Positions 54,330 through 64,000 of a stretch of 64,000 bases of DNA are shown piece by piece. Source of the DNA: Candidatus Kapaibacterium sp. (GTDB taxonomy: Bacteria > Bacteroidota > Ignavibacteria > Kapaibacteriales > UBA2268). How positions within the stretch are numbered: the stretch's first letter is position 1; every line of letters starts with the position of its first letter. The stretch is taken from the NCBI GenBank assembly GCA_963665665.1, contig OY762428.1:3488001-3552000 (forward strand). Direction: 5' to 3'. A program made the position numbers and the translations under genes. The notes below the pieces were generated by a model. The model had not been told where the DNA came from. It saw only the letters and a program-made list of their open reading frames with translations, and did not search any database.

Positions 54330-54435
54330 CAGCCCCGTAGGGGCGACATTGGCAAAAGATTGTGTCGCTCCTACGGAGCTTTTAATAATCGCAATGTAAA
54401 CATTATCTACAAAAATTCCGCTCCTACGGAGCTTT
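54330..54435. repeat. GTAG-type REP cluster
   Basis: AGCCCCGTAGGGGCGACA...TGTCGCTCCTACGGAGCT and CCGCTCCTACGGAGCT. Confidence 0.7.
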
Positions 54436-54625
54436 TTTATATAATTCCGATGCTCTTGCGACTGAAGAAACTATCTTTTCTTCCATTATAGGAGGAATGG
54501 TTCTTGTGGCCAATTGATTAATTTATAAAACTATACTAATTACATTAGGATTTTTGCAACTTTTTAATATCTTGATTGTTAAATTTGAAAGAAAAGATTA
54601 ACTTATTTTAAGTTTAAAGATTGAA

Positions 54626-55336
54626 ATGCTGAAACGAAATAAAATATTGAAACCAAATATACCTGCGCAGACAGGGAAAGCTGTTCTGAAGCTATTGATA
54701 TTATTTTCATTTTTTACGATTTCCTGTTCCGATCCCCTCGGGCTTGATGACAATGTAAAAACTACAATAGAGTTTGCAGAAATCAAACCGCTTGTGATTG
54801 GCAATTACTGGGAATACCAGGTAAATGGGTATGACGACGGAAAAGAGGCTTATAGCTACGTTGACAGATTCAGAATTGTTGATACAATTGCTGTTAGTGG
54901 CGGGGTTTGGTTTATAGAGGAACACGGCGACGAGGATATTCCTCTTGTTAATTATTTTCAGAACAGGGAGGACGGCCTTTGGAAGTCATCCGGCAACCCT
55001 GGCGAACCGGGACATGAAATAAGTATTATGGTTCCTTATCCCTTTGTTAAAGGTAGTGAATTTGTTGTTTCTACAAATCAAAGCGGGGAAAGCATACAGA
55101 AAATTATTCGTAAAGTTGAAGAAGTTGATGTCAGTATTGCTACACCCGCGGGAACTTTCCGCTGTATTAAATACGGAGATTACTTTGAATACAATGGCAC
55201 AAGGGAGGATCTGCCGAGGAACGTTCTTTACTATGCCCCGCGAACCGGTTGGATAAAAACGTTCAGGTATGTTGTTGATAACGGCCTGCAGGTTTTATCA
55301 TGGGAATATATTTTAACGGATTACCATTTGGAGTGA
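54626..55336 (+). CDS. Putative lipoprotein
   Basis: Hydrophobic stretch with lipobox FTISC; PL.IGNYWEY, TPAGTF.C, YYAP..GW motifs. Confidence 0.75.
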   Translation: MLKRNKILKPNIPAQTGKAVLKLLILFSFFTISCSDPLGLDDNVKTTIEFAEIKPLVIGNYWEYQVNGYDDGKEAYSYVDRFRIVDTIAVSGGVWFIEEHGDEDIPLVNYFQNREDGLWKSSGNPGEPGHEISIMVPYPFVKGSEFVVSTNQSGESIQKIIRKVEEVDVSIATPAGTFRCIKYGDYFEYNGTREDLPRNVLYYAPRTGWIKTFRYVVDNGLQVLSWEYILTDYHLE

Positions 55337-55395
55337 ACATTATTCCGGTTTTATTGCTGAATTATTTTAATAAGTATTTATCCCTGCCGTTCTGA

Positions 55396-56274
55396 TTATC
55401 CTCTGAACTCTTTAACTTTTTCTTCCAGGTTTAAGAACATATCATAAGGAATTACTATATTCCCGAAATTCATCTCGTCCCATTGCCTTTCTCCGCCGTG
55501 GTAATCAGAACCTCCGGTATAGATCAGCTTGTAATCTTTAGCCATATTCGTGATCTTTATCCTGAGTCTATCATTGTAGGTTGGGTGAATTATTTCTATT
55601 GCATCAAGGCCATAGCTGACAAATTCGTAGAGAATTTTCTGCTTGAGCATTTTCATCGGATGTGCCAAAGATGCAATACCCCCGGCCTTGTGTATCAGTT
55701 TTACCGCGCTGCTAACGGGGAAGTGAATTTTTTCAACATAGGCGGGACGGAAATCGCCAACATACCTGGTAAAGGCCTGCTTGACTGAAGTAGTATAGCC
55801 TTTCTCGAAAATAACATTTGCAATAAGCGGCCTTGTGATAGGTGTTTTGCCGGCTTTTACCATAATATCCTCGAAAGGAAATGTGACTCCGAGAGTTCGC
55901 AGTTTCTCCCACATTTTTTCCGCCCGGCGCATCCTGTAAACTTTAGTTTCCTCGATATGATGAGTCAGCGACGGATTATCCGGGTCGATACCATACCCGA
56001 GTACGTGCCATTCCTTGTTGCTATGGAAAGTACTCAGCTCGATGCCGTGTATGTATCCCAGCCCGGCCTTTGTAGCAATTTCTTCGGCAATGATCGATCC
56101 GTCGGCAGTATCGTGGTCGGTAATTGAAATTGCGCTTATACCATGTTCTATAGCTTTCTCTACGATTTCACGGGGGGAGTGTTCCCCGTCTGAAAAACGC
56201 GTGTGTATATGCAGGTCGGCAATTCTGTTATCTTTTTCCATTGCTGATCGTCTTTTCTTTATCTGACCGGACAA
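55396..56274 (-). CDS. PHP-domain phosphoesterase (TrpH/YciV-like); likely start ~56241
   Basis: DLHIHTRFSDG, ITDHD, GIELS, LAHP, TGGSDYHG. Confidence 0.92.
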   Translation of the reverse strand: MSGQIKKRRSAMEKDNRIADLHIHTRFSDGEHSPREIVEKAIEHGISAISITDHDTADGSIIAEEIATKAGLGYIHGIELSTFHSNKEWHVLGYGIDPDNPSLTHHIEETKVYRMRRAEKMWEKLRTLGVTFPFEDIMVKAGKTPITRPLIANVIFEKGYTTSVKQAFTRYVGDFRPAYVEKIHFPVSSAVKLIHKAGGIASLAHPMKMLKQKILYEFVSYGLDAIEIIHPTYNDRLRIKITNMAKDYKLIYTGGSDYHGGERQWDEMNFGNIVIPYDMFLNLEEKVKEFRG

Positions 56275-56292
56275 ATTACTCTGTTAAGTGAC

Positions 56293-56323
56293 CTCATCCG
56301 ATGACTTTAAGTCATCGGATGAG
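56293..56323. repeat. Perfect 15-bp-arm palindrome (REP-like)
   Basis: CTCATCCGATGACTT-T-AAGTCATCGGATGAG. Confidence 0.75.
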
Positions 56324-56340
56324 AAGGATTTATAATCAAC

Positions 56341-58041
56341 TTATTTCAGATTTTCCCTGATGAATGCGGGTATATCTTCGATCTTTACAACCGAACGTTC
56401 TCCGGATTCACGGTTTTTAACTTCAAGGTTACCGTTCTTAAGGTTTTTCATTCCAACTATAATCTGAACAGGGATACCTATCAGGTCGGCATCGTTGAAT
56501 TTTACGCCGGGAGAATCATTCCTGTCGTCATATAGAACATCAAAACCTTCTGCTTTAAGATCCTCGTAAAGTTTATCCGCAGCGTCGGCAACTTCCTGCG
56601 ATTTATTTGTACCGAGAGAAAGAATATGAGCGTCGAACGGAGCCAGAGGGCCTTTCCAGATAATACCGTTATCGTCGAAATGCTGCTCCATGTAGCATGC
56701 CATTATTCTTTCAACGCCAATACCGTAGCTGCCCATGATTATCGGTTTTTCTTTACCTTCCGAGTCAAGGAAGTTAGCGCCGAGAGCTTCCGAATATTTT
56801 GTCCCGAGCTTGAAAATATGCCCAAGTTCGATAGCTTTTACAACCCTTACAGCTTCGCCGCATTTCGGGCAGGCTTCCCCTGGCTGAATTGTTCTCATAT
56901 CGTGGAATTCTTCAATCTGGCAATCCCTGTCAAAATCAATATTTTTATAGTGGAAGCCGTCTTCGTTAGCACCGCTTACCATGCCGTTAGCGCCTTTCAG
57001 CAGCTTGTCGGCAATAACTTTCATTTTTGTTTTCAGGTTGATAGGGCCAATAGAACCATGATCAGCGCCGGTATATTTGATCAATTCTTCAGATTCAGCC
57101 GGGCGAAGAATATTTGTTCCGAAAATTGATTCGAGTTTAGTTTCATTCAGCTCATCGTTTCCGCGCATGAAAATAAGAACCGGTTTATCTTCTACAATAT
57201 AAACTACAGATTTCGCGCAGCGTTCTTCGGGTATTTTATATTGTTCAATCAGGTCGTCAATTGATTTTGCATCAGGTGTCGGGAATTTTTCAACTTCCTC
57301 GTTTGTATCAATCCTGCCAACCGGCTGAACATTTGTTGATGCAACTTCTACATTTGCAGCGTAACCGCATTTGTCGCAAACAGCACATGTGTCTTCTCCT
57401 GAATCGGATTCAACCATGAATTCCTGGCTCTGGCGTCCGCCCATTGCTCCGCTGGATGCGCCAACTATGAAATATTTAATATTACAGCGTTCAAAAATAG
57501 TTTTGTATGCATTGTAGTGTTTGTCATAAGCTACATCCAGGCCTTCGAGAGTATCGTTCAGAGAGTAGGCATCTTTCATAATAAACTGCCGTCCGCGAAG
57601 GATACCTGATTTCGGGCGTGGCTCATTTCTGAATTTTGTTTGTATCTGATACCAGATCTGTGGCATATCCCTGTAGGATTTTACGTGCTGCCTGGCATGA
57701 AAAGTAATAACTTCTTCGTGTGTAGGGGCAAGAACCAGCCCGTCACGGTTTTTCAGGTGGAACATAACGTCGCCCATGGCTTCAACGCGGTTTGTTTGCT
57801 CCCAGATTTCTATAGGATTCAGCGCCGGAAGTAGAAATTCCTGCCCGCCGATCTTATCCATTTCCTCGCGCAGGATTTCCATAATATTTTTGATAACCTT
57901 ATAACCCATAGGTAAAAAAGAAAATACGCCTGCGGCAACCTGCCTGACAAGCCCCGCCCTGATCATAAGCTGATGTGAAGGTATTACTGCTTCAGCACCA
58001 ATCTCTTTCAATGTCGGAATGAAATTTTGTGTCAGTCTCAT
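56341..58041 (-). CDS. proS: Proline--tRNA ligase (bacterial type with INS editing domain)
   Basis: SHQLMIRAG, LAPTHEE, KFRNEPRP, MKDAYS, IELGHIFKLG, MGSYGIG. Confidence 0.98.
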   Translation of the reverse strand: MRLTQNFIPTLKEIGAEAVIPSHQLMIRAGLVRQVAAGVFSFLPMGYKVIKNIMEILREEMDKIGGQEFLLPALNPIEIWEQTNRVEAMGDVMFHLKNRDGLVLAPTHEEVITFHARQHVKSYRDMPQIWYQIQTKFRNEPRPKSGILRGRQFIMKDAYSLNDTLEGLDVAYDKHYNAYKTIFERCNIKYFIVGASSGAMGGRQSQEFMVESDSGEDTCAVCDKCGYAANVEVASTNVQPVGRIDTNEEVEKFPTPDAKSIDDLIEQYKIPEERCAKSVVYIVEDKPVLIFMRGNDELNETKLESIFGTNILRPAESEELIKYTGADHGSIGPINLKTKMKVIADKLLKGANGMVSGANEDGFHYKNIDFDRDCQIEEFHDMRTIQPGEACPKCGEAVRVVKAIELGHIFKLGTKYSEALGANFLDSEGKEKPIIMGSYGIGVERIMACYMEQHFDDNGIIWKGPLAPFDAHILSLGTNKSQEVADAADKLYEDLKAEGFDVLYDDRNDSPGVKFNDADLIGIPVQIIVGMKNLKNGNLEVKNRESGERSVVKIEDIPAFIRENLK

Positions 58042-58252
58042 CGAGACCCTTTCATTAAAATTTATAATTCAATTACTTATCATCAATTTTACAGACTACA
58101 AAAATAGTGAAAATCTTCGGAGTTCCGTAATTTTTAAGATAATAATGATTGTAATCATACAAACAATGTTTTATTTTCGCAGAACTGAAACAATATTTTG
58201 TGGATGACGTTATAATAATATTAGCTGCTAACAGGTAGAAAGTAGATTAAGT

Positions 58253-61057
58253 ATGGATACGGGCCGGGCTGTAAAGTTTAAAATTTCGATTCTCGCGGTT
58301 ATGATAGTTACCGTAGCGGCTTCTGTTGTTCATTTCATTAATACAACAACAACCATGACCGATGAAAACCTGTTTGTGCCTATAAAAAACAGGGTTTACC
58401 TGAAAGAAAATATTATTATCCAGGATCTTTCCAAAAATCTATATCCCGATACAATTCCCGGCGGCAGTATTCTTGTAGCTGCCGGTAAACATAAGATTGA
58501 ACAAATTGCCGGTTTGAACGAACACCTCTATTCCAACGATTCTACAGAATATTTTAGTATACGTTATTTTCATCTAAGAAAATTAACATCAGATTCGGCA
58601 ATTTTGCACAGGGATTTATTATCAGCTGCCAATATGATAGATATTAAATCGGGGGCTTTTGTCAGCTATGTGTATGAAGGCGGTACTTCCGACAGGGCAG
58701 GTTTACAAGTCGGAGACCTGATAGTAAAAATTAATGACAAGGATTTTCCGGCCCCAACGGAAATAATTGATATGATGAACAATGCCCGCAGCGGAACAGT
58801 TCTTAAGTATCAGGTTTTAAGATTAGAACAGATTTTTGATATACAGGTTGCCCTTGCAAAATACGGCGTACACTTTTCCCACCTGATTGCCTTTATTACA
58901 GGTATGCTATTATTATTTCTTGCCGGTTTTATCGGTATCAAACAGAAAATGGTAAAAGGTGCAGGCCTCACCGCATTTTCTCTAATAGCGCTGGGTATTA
59001 TCTACACACTTGGTGTTTATACTTCCGGGTGGAACCAGTCAGTATTTGAAAGTTTCCGGGTAGTAATGACATTTCTCGGGGTTAATATCGGCGTTCCGCT
59101 GATACTTCATAGTTTCGTTTATTTCCCTAAGGAAAACCGCAGGGTATCCTCAAACAAGAAACTTATATATGGTTTATATATTTATGGAATTGCCAGTTTT
59201 GTATTTTATATCCCCAATATTTTCTTCTTCCCGGAATATTGGAACGAGAATATTTTCCATGTTGTCGCGGCTCTACCGGTATTCGTATTTGTTGCTTATG
59301 ATTTAATAAACAGAAAAAATTACAGCAAGGAATATAAACGCCTAAGGCGGTTCATATCTCTTGGGTACTATATCAATTTTGCTTTCTTTTTAATCCTGGA
59401 AATTTCAAAATTCTTCAAAATCAGCTTCCTTCTCACCTCGGCCACAGAATATGTATTCCTTGTGTCATTAATATTCCCGATATCTTATGTTTACACAATC
59501 GGCAGGTACAGAATATTTGATATTGATATCCGGGTAAAGAGAAATATTATTTATACTTTTATTACACTGCTTTGGAAGGCTTTCGTAGCAGCGATATTCC
59601 TTGTTTTAGTATGGTATATTTCGGTTATCGATTTCGACCTGCCAAATATACACTTTACCGGAACGGCCATAGAAGTTATCGACAGGCCATTATCACCAGC
59701 CCTGGAAATTATTTACGAAAAAGTAATCATCGTGATAATTTCTATCTTTCTTGGTATTATTTTCTTTAAAATTGCCAAAAAAGTTCAGAAAACTGTTGAT
59801 GAAAAATTCTATCGGGTAAATTTTGATTACAGGAAAGCCTCTGACGAGTTAAGTACGATGTTGGAAAAGAGGCTGGAATTGTCTGAACTTGCTTCAGGTA
59901 TAGTCGAAAAACTCGGCAAGCTTATAAAACTTAAAAAAGTTGGAGTGCTGATTTTTAAAGATGAGAAAAAGCTTTGCAGCCAGGATTATTATGGTTTGAA
60001 AGACCAGAATATCAGGGAATTTTGCATGTTCGCTGCAGATGAAATAATTACAGCAATCAATCAGTTTTCCGGATCATTCAGGGTTGATTATCTTGATGAC
60101 AAGCTTAAAGAAATTTTCCGAAGCTGCCAGTTTGAATATATTGTTCCTATCAGGTCAAAAGGAAAACTTGTCGGAGCTTTGCTGGTTGGCGAAAAACGTT
60201 CCGAAGCATCTTTCCATACTCAGGATCTCGATTTTCTTCTTTCAATTGCTACACAGGCGGCTTATGCCATCGAAAATAGTTTTCTTTACGAAAACCTGGC
60301 TCAGCAGGAAAGGATAAAACACGAACTTAATATTGCCCGCAGAATCCAGCTTGCGTCGCTTCCGAACGATATTCCCGAGATACAGGGGCTGGATATTTCC
60401 GGAGTTTCACTTCCGGCGCTGGAAGTGGGAGGAGATTTCTATGACTTTTTGAACGGAAAAGTCGGGAATCTGACAATTGTTGTTGGCGACGTCAGCGGTA
60501 AAGGTACTTCTGCAGCTCTCTATATGTCAAAGGCACAGGGGATAATGCGAACATTACATGAGTTTATGCCAACTCCAAAGGATTTGTTTGTAAAATCGAA
60601 CAGGCTGCTTTATAAATATATGGAAAAGAGTTCTTTCATTACGGCCATCGGAGCAGAATTCGATGTCTCTGACATGACTATATCTTTTTCCAGGGCAGGC
60701 CACCTGCCTTTGTACAGGTTTAAACGCTCAACCGCAAGCGTGGAAATACTAACGCCAAAAGGAATTGTTATCGGCCTTACTAAAGATCAGATGTTCAGCC
60801 GCAACCTGGAAGAAGTAACAATGACTTATGACGAGGGTGATATATTCCTGTTCATTACTGACGGAGTTATCGAAGCAAGAAGCGAGTCCAAAGAAGAATT
60901 CGGCGAAAGCAGGCTTATCAATGTATTTTCCTATGCAGCCAGAACCGCCGGAGAATCGCAGGCTATCAGGGATTCTATTCTAAACGCTGTGCAGGATTTT
61001 GCAAGGAATACCGACCAGTTCGACGACCTGACAGTAGTGGTTGTTAAAACAGGTTAA
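58253..61057 (+). CDS. Membrane PP2C/SpoIIE phosphatase with PDZ, multi-TM and GAF domains
   Basis: RAGLQVGD.I (PDZ), TM block, GAF (PIRSKGKLVGALLVG), VGGDFYD, GDVSGKG, TDGVIE, DDLT. Confidence 0.9.
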   Translation: MDTGRAVKFKISILAVMIVTVAASVVHFINTTTTMTDENLFVPIKNRVYLKENIIIQDLSKNLYPDTIPGGSILVAAGKHKIEQIAGLNEHLYSNDSTEYFSIRYFHLRKLTSDSAILHRDLLSAANMIDIKSGAFVSYVYEGGTSDRAGLQVGDLIVKINDKDFPAPTEIIDMMNNARSGTVLKYQVLRLEQIFDIQVALAKYGVHFSHLIAFITGMLLLFLAGFIGIKQKMVKGAGLTAFSLIALGIIYTLGVYTSGWNQSVFESFRVVMTFLGVNIGVPLILHSFVYFPKENRRVSSNKKLIYGLYIYGIASFVFYIPNIFFFPEYWNENIFHVVAALPVFVFVAYDLINRKNYSKEYKRLRRFISLGYYINFAFFLILEISKFFKISFLLTSATEYVFLVSLIFPISYVYTIGRYRIFDIDIRVKRNIIYTFITLLWKAFVAAIFLVLVWYISVIDFDLPNIHFTGTAIEVIDRPLSPALEIIYEKVIIVIISIFLGIIFFKIAKKVQKTVDEKFYRVNFDYRKASDELSTMLEKRLELSELASGIVEKLGKLIKLKKVGVLIFKDEKKLCSQDYYGLKDQNIREFCMFAADEIITAINQFSGSFRVDYLDDKLKEIFRSCQFEYIVPIRSKGKLVGALLVGEKRSEASFHTQDLDFLLSIATQAAYAIENSFLYENLAQQERIKHELNIARRIQLASLPNDIPEIQGLDISGVSLPALEVGGDFYDFLNGKVGNLTIVVGDVSGKGTSAALYMSKAQGIMRTLHEFMPTPKDLFVKSNRLLYKYMEKSSFITAIGAEFDVSDMTISFSRAGHLPLYRFKRSTASVEILTPKGIVIGLTKDQMFSRNLEEVTMTYDEGDIFLFITDGVIEARSESKEEFGESRLINVFSYAARTAGESQAIRDSILNAVQDFARNTDQFDDLTVVVVKTG

Positions 61058-61227
61058 AGGAACAATAATACTTATAGCCCGAATATTTAACTTACATAAT
61101 AAATCTAAAATCTGCCGATCATTCAGCTAAATTTTTAAATAGTAAACTATTCCCAAAATGTTATAATTTACTTTGCAGATAAAATTGGAAATACAGGATA
61201 ATAAAGCAGGTATTCCGAAATAAAAAA

Positions 61228-61259
61228 ACTCGCCCGACAATGCCTTGCCGGACGAGTTG
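61228..61259. terminator. Hairpin between convergent genes (probable alaS terminator)
   Basis: AACTCGCCCG...CGGACGAGTT next to an A run on the plus strand. Confidence 0.6.
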
Positions 61260-61278
61260 AATATCTATGATTAAAATA

Positions 61279-63822
61279 TCAGGCTAAAAAATCTGCTGCT
61301 ATTTTATCGAAATTATCCAATGTATCCTGAAGTTTGGAAACATCTTTTCCTCCGGCTGTTGCCATGTGGGGCTTTCCGCCACCTCCGCCGCCAAGCTGCC
61401 TGGCTGCAAGGCCAATTAGTTTACCGGCAGGTGCTTTTTTCTTCAGGTCATCGGTCACAGTGCAGACAAGTTGAACTTTGTCTTCGGATGCTATTGCGAG
61501 AAGGGCAATGCCGTTATTAGCAAGTTTATTCCTGATTTCATCGGCAAGCGTTCTAAGTTCGTCCACGCTCTCCATTTCAAGTTTAGCAGTTAGTATTTTT
61601 ACATCGCCGACAGTTTTAGCATTATTTATCATTTCATCGATTCCGCCCTTCGCATCCTGGCTTCTCAGGCCGGAAATCTCTTTTTCAAGCTGTTTAATTT
61701 TTGCGAAAAGCTCATCTTTCTGTTTCAAAGTGTCGTTTATCTTTTCCTGCTGGTTAAATATATATTCTTCAACGCCTTTTCCTGTTACGGCTTCAATACG
61801 CCTGATTCCGGCTGCAATGGACGATTCGGAAGTAATTTTCAGCAGCCCGATCTCGGCAGTGTTCTTCACGTGAGTGCCACCGCAAAGTTCCATCGAGAAA
61901 TTTTTATCCATTGTGATCACACGTACTTCATCGCCATATTTATCTCCGAAGAACATCTTGATTTTCCCGTTCTTCTGTGCTTCTTCAATAGATAAGACTT
62001 TTGTATCAACGTATATGTTTTCCAGGATTTTCTGATTAACCATTTTTTCAATCTTGGTGATTTCTTCTTCGCTTACTTTTTCGAAGTGATTAAAATCGAA
62101 ACGGAGGTAATCAGGTGCAACGAGCGACCCGGCCTGCTTAACATGGTTGCCGAGAGTTTCCCTGAGCGCTTCATGCAGAAGGTGAGTGGCAGAGTGGTTG
62201 CGCATAATGTGGCGCCGTCTTTCTTCGTCGACACTTGCTACTGCCATTGATCCGACAAGATTTTCCACATCACGGTCGCAGATATGTATAAAGGCTTCAC
62301 CAGATTTTTTCACATCCACAACTTCGTACTCGTTTCCGGCAAGAATAATTTTCCCGGTATCGGAAATCTGCCCGCCGCTTTCAGCATAGAAAGGAGTTTT
62401 GTCAAGGACAACCTGGTTTTCATGAACGTATAACACTTTTCCTTCGGCTGTAAGTTCATCATAACCCAGAAATTCTGTTGATGCATCAACAACAGGAAGT
62501 TCAACTTCTGCCGACTGTACTTTTCTCGCTGCACGGGAACGTTCCTTTTGTTCTTTCATGTTTTTGTCAAAACCTGCAGTATCGACTGTGTAGCCTCTCT
62601 CGCGGGCAATAAGTTCTGTCAAGTCAAGAGGAAAACCGAAAGTATCATAGAGCAGGAATGCTTCCGATCCCGGAATTTCCTTTTCGTCGCCAAGCCCGGA
62701 AATAATCGTTTCGATTTTTTCGAGTCCGCGTTCCAGTGTTTGAAGGAAACTTTCCTCTTCGCCTTTAATTACTTTCTCGATAACAACTTTCTGTTCCAAC
62801 AGTTCAGGAAATACATCGCCCATGTTATCAAACAATATGGGAAGAAGTTTGTATATAACAGGTTCGGTAAATCCAAGATTTCTTGCAAACCTGCATCCGC
62901 GACGAAGAATTCTTCTCAGAACATATCCGCGCCCCTCGTTCCCCGGCAAGGCTCCGTCGGCAATAGCAAAGGATAATGTTCTTACATGGTCGGCTATAAC
63001 CCTCATTGCAATAGAATCAGGATCAGTCAGGCCTCCATTATATTTTTTGCCCGACATTTCTTCTATTTTGTTAATGATCGGCATGAAAATATCAGTATCA
63101 TAGTTTGATTCTTTATTCTGTAACACAGCGCAGATTCTTTCGAATCCCATGCCAGTATCAACATGTTTAGACGTGAGGTCTTCCAGGCTGCCGTCTTTCT
63201 TCCTGTTATACTGAATAAACACCAGGTTCCATATTTCAATTACTTCAGGAACCCCGGCATTAACAAGGCTTGCCCCTGAAAGATCGGGAGTATTGTCGTA
63301 GTGCACTTCAGAACATGGTCCGCAGGGGCCTGTATCACCCATCTCCCAGAAATTGTCTTTTTCGTCAAAGCGCTGGATTCTTTCTTCAGGAAGGTATTTT
63401 TTCCATATTTCAAAAGCTTCGTCGTCCGTACGGAAAACTGTGGCGTATAGCCTTTCTTTTTCAAGTTTCCATACTTCAGTCAGCAGTTCCCATGCCCAGG
63501 CAATTGCTTCTTCTTTATAATAATCACCAAAACTCCAATTGCCAAGCATTTCAAAAAATGTATGGTGATAAGTATCAACACCAACTTCTTCAAGGTCATT
63601 GTGCTTGCCACTAACGCGTATACATTTCTGTGTATCGGCGGCGCGGGTATAGTCGCGCTTGCCGGCACCGAGAAAAACATCCTTGAATTGGTTCATACCT
63701 GCGTTTGTAAATAATAATGTCGGGTCTCCGTGCGGGATAACCGGGGCGCTTGGAACTATCCTGTGATCTTTTGATTTAAAAAAGTCAAAAAACTGCTGTC
63801 TTATTTCCCTTGAACTTGTCAT
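61279..63822 (-). CDS. alaS: Alanine--tRNA ligase
   Basis: LLFTNAGMNQFK, HHTFFEMLGNWSFGDY, DTGMGFER, NHSATHLL, ELCGGTHV, GGGGGGKP. Confidence 0.99.
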   Translation of the reverse strand: MTSSREIRQQFFDFFKSKDHRIVPSAPVIPHGDPTLLFTNAGMNQFKDVFLGAGKRDYTRAADTQKCIRVSGKHNDLEEVGVDTYHHTFFEMLGNWSFGDYYKEEAIAWAWELLTEVWKLEKERLYATVFRTDDEAFEIWKKYLPEERIQRFDEKDNFWEMGDTGPCGPCSEVHYDNTPDLSGASLVNAGVPEVIEIWNLVFIQYNRKKDGSLEDLTSKHVDTGMGFERICAVLQNKESNYDTDIFMPIINKIEEMSGKKYNGGLTDPDSIAMRVIADHVRTLSFAIADGALPGNEGRGYVLRRILRRGCRFARNLGFTEPVIYKLLPILFDNMGDVFPELLEQKVVIEKVIKGEEESFLQTLERGLEKIETIISGLGDEKEIPGSEAFLLYDTFGFPLDLTELIARERGYTVDTAGFDKNMKEQKERSRAARKVQSAEVELPVVDASTEFLGYDELTAEGKVLYVHENQVVLDKTPFYAESGGQISDTGKIILAGNEYEVVDVKKSGEAFIHICDRDVENLVGSMAVASVDEERRRHIMRNHSATHLLHEALRETLGNHVKQAGSLVAPDYLRFDFNHFEKVSEEEITKIEKMVNQKILENIYVDTKVLSIEEAQKNGKIKMFFGDKYGDEVRVITMDKNFSMELCGGTHVKNTAEIGLLKITSESSIAAGIRRIEAVTGKGVEEYIFNQQEKINDTLKQKDELFAKIKQLEKEISGLRSQDAKGGIDEMINNAKTVGDVKILTAKLEMESVDELRTLADEIRNKLANNGIALLAIASEDKVQLVCTVTDDLKKKAPAGKLIGLAARQLGGGGGGKPHMATAGGKDVSKLQDTLDNFDKIAADFLA

Positions 63823-64000
63823 ATCTTATCCTGCAATATTTACTTTCAATATAATATTTTACAAAATTAATAACTTATATTGATAATTACTCATATAATT
63901 TTTGTCAATCGGCTATCCAAATAATTATTCATAGCGAACAATTAATTCAAAATTTAATCCTCATAAACTGCCGGAAATATTTTAATTCAGTAAGTTTTAT

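Overview
A 64-kb chromosomal window from an AT-rich FCB-group bacterium. The T9SS C-terminal sorting domains, TonB-dependent receptors, TAnnTTTG-type promoters and 16S signature fit Ignavibacteria/Ca. Kapabacteria; this is inferred, not database-checked. It carries a full rRNA operon (16S, tRNA-Ile, tRNA-Ala, 23S, 5S), tRNA-Pro, gmk, proS, alaS, one intact IS3 element, several T9SS cargo genes (including an A-B-A-B tandem of BNR-repeat proteins), an ECF sigma locus and an ABC-ATPase/TOPRIM pair. The most unusual signal is a dispersed intergenic element present three times (about 10.6-12.7, 40.6-43.0 and 52.7-54.0 kb). In two copies a conserved ~500-bp, ~13% GC core is flanked by two degenerate 21-bp tandem arrays that run outward from an inverted ~29-bp seed. 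All copies are capped by GC-rich REP-like hairpin modules, one copy has 45-bp terminal inverted repeats, and the third copy lacks the core. No cognate enzyme is encoded in the window. Other notable items are tRNA-Ala-derived 41-bp repeats in which the T-arm is replaced by a REP-like hairpin, and a putative anti-sigma factor carrying a T9SS sorting domain with an internal SD-led start. All calls are from reading the sequence by eye; coordinates of non-coding features may be off by a few bases.
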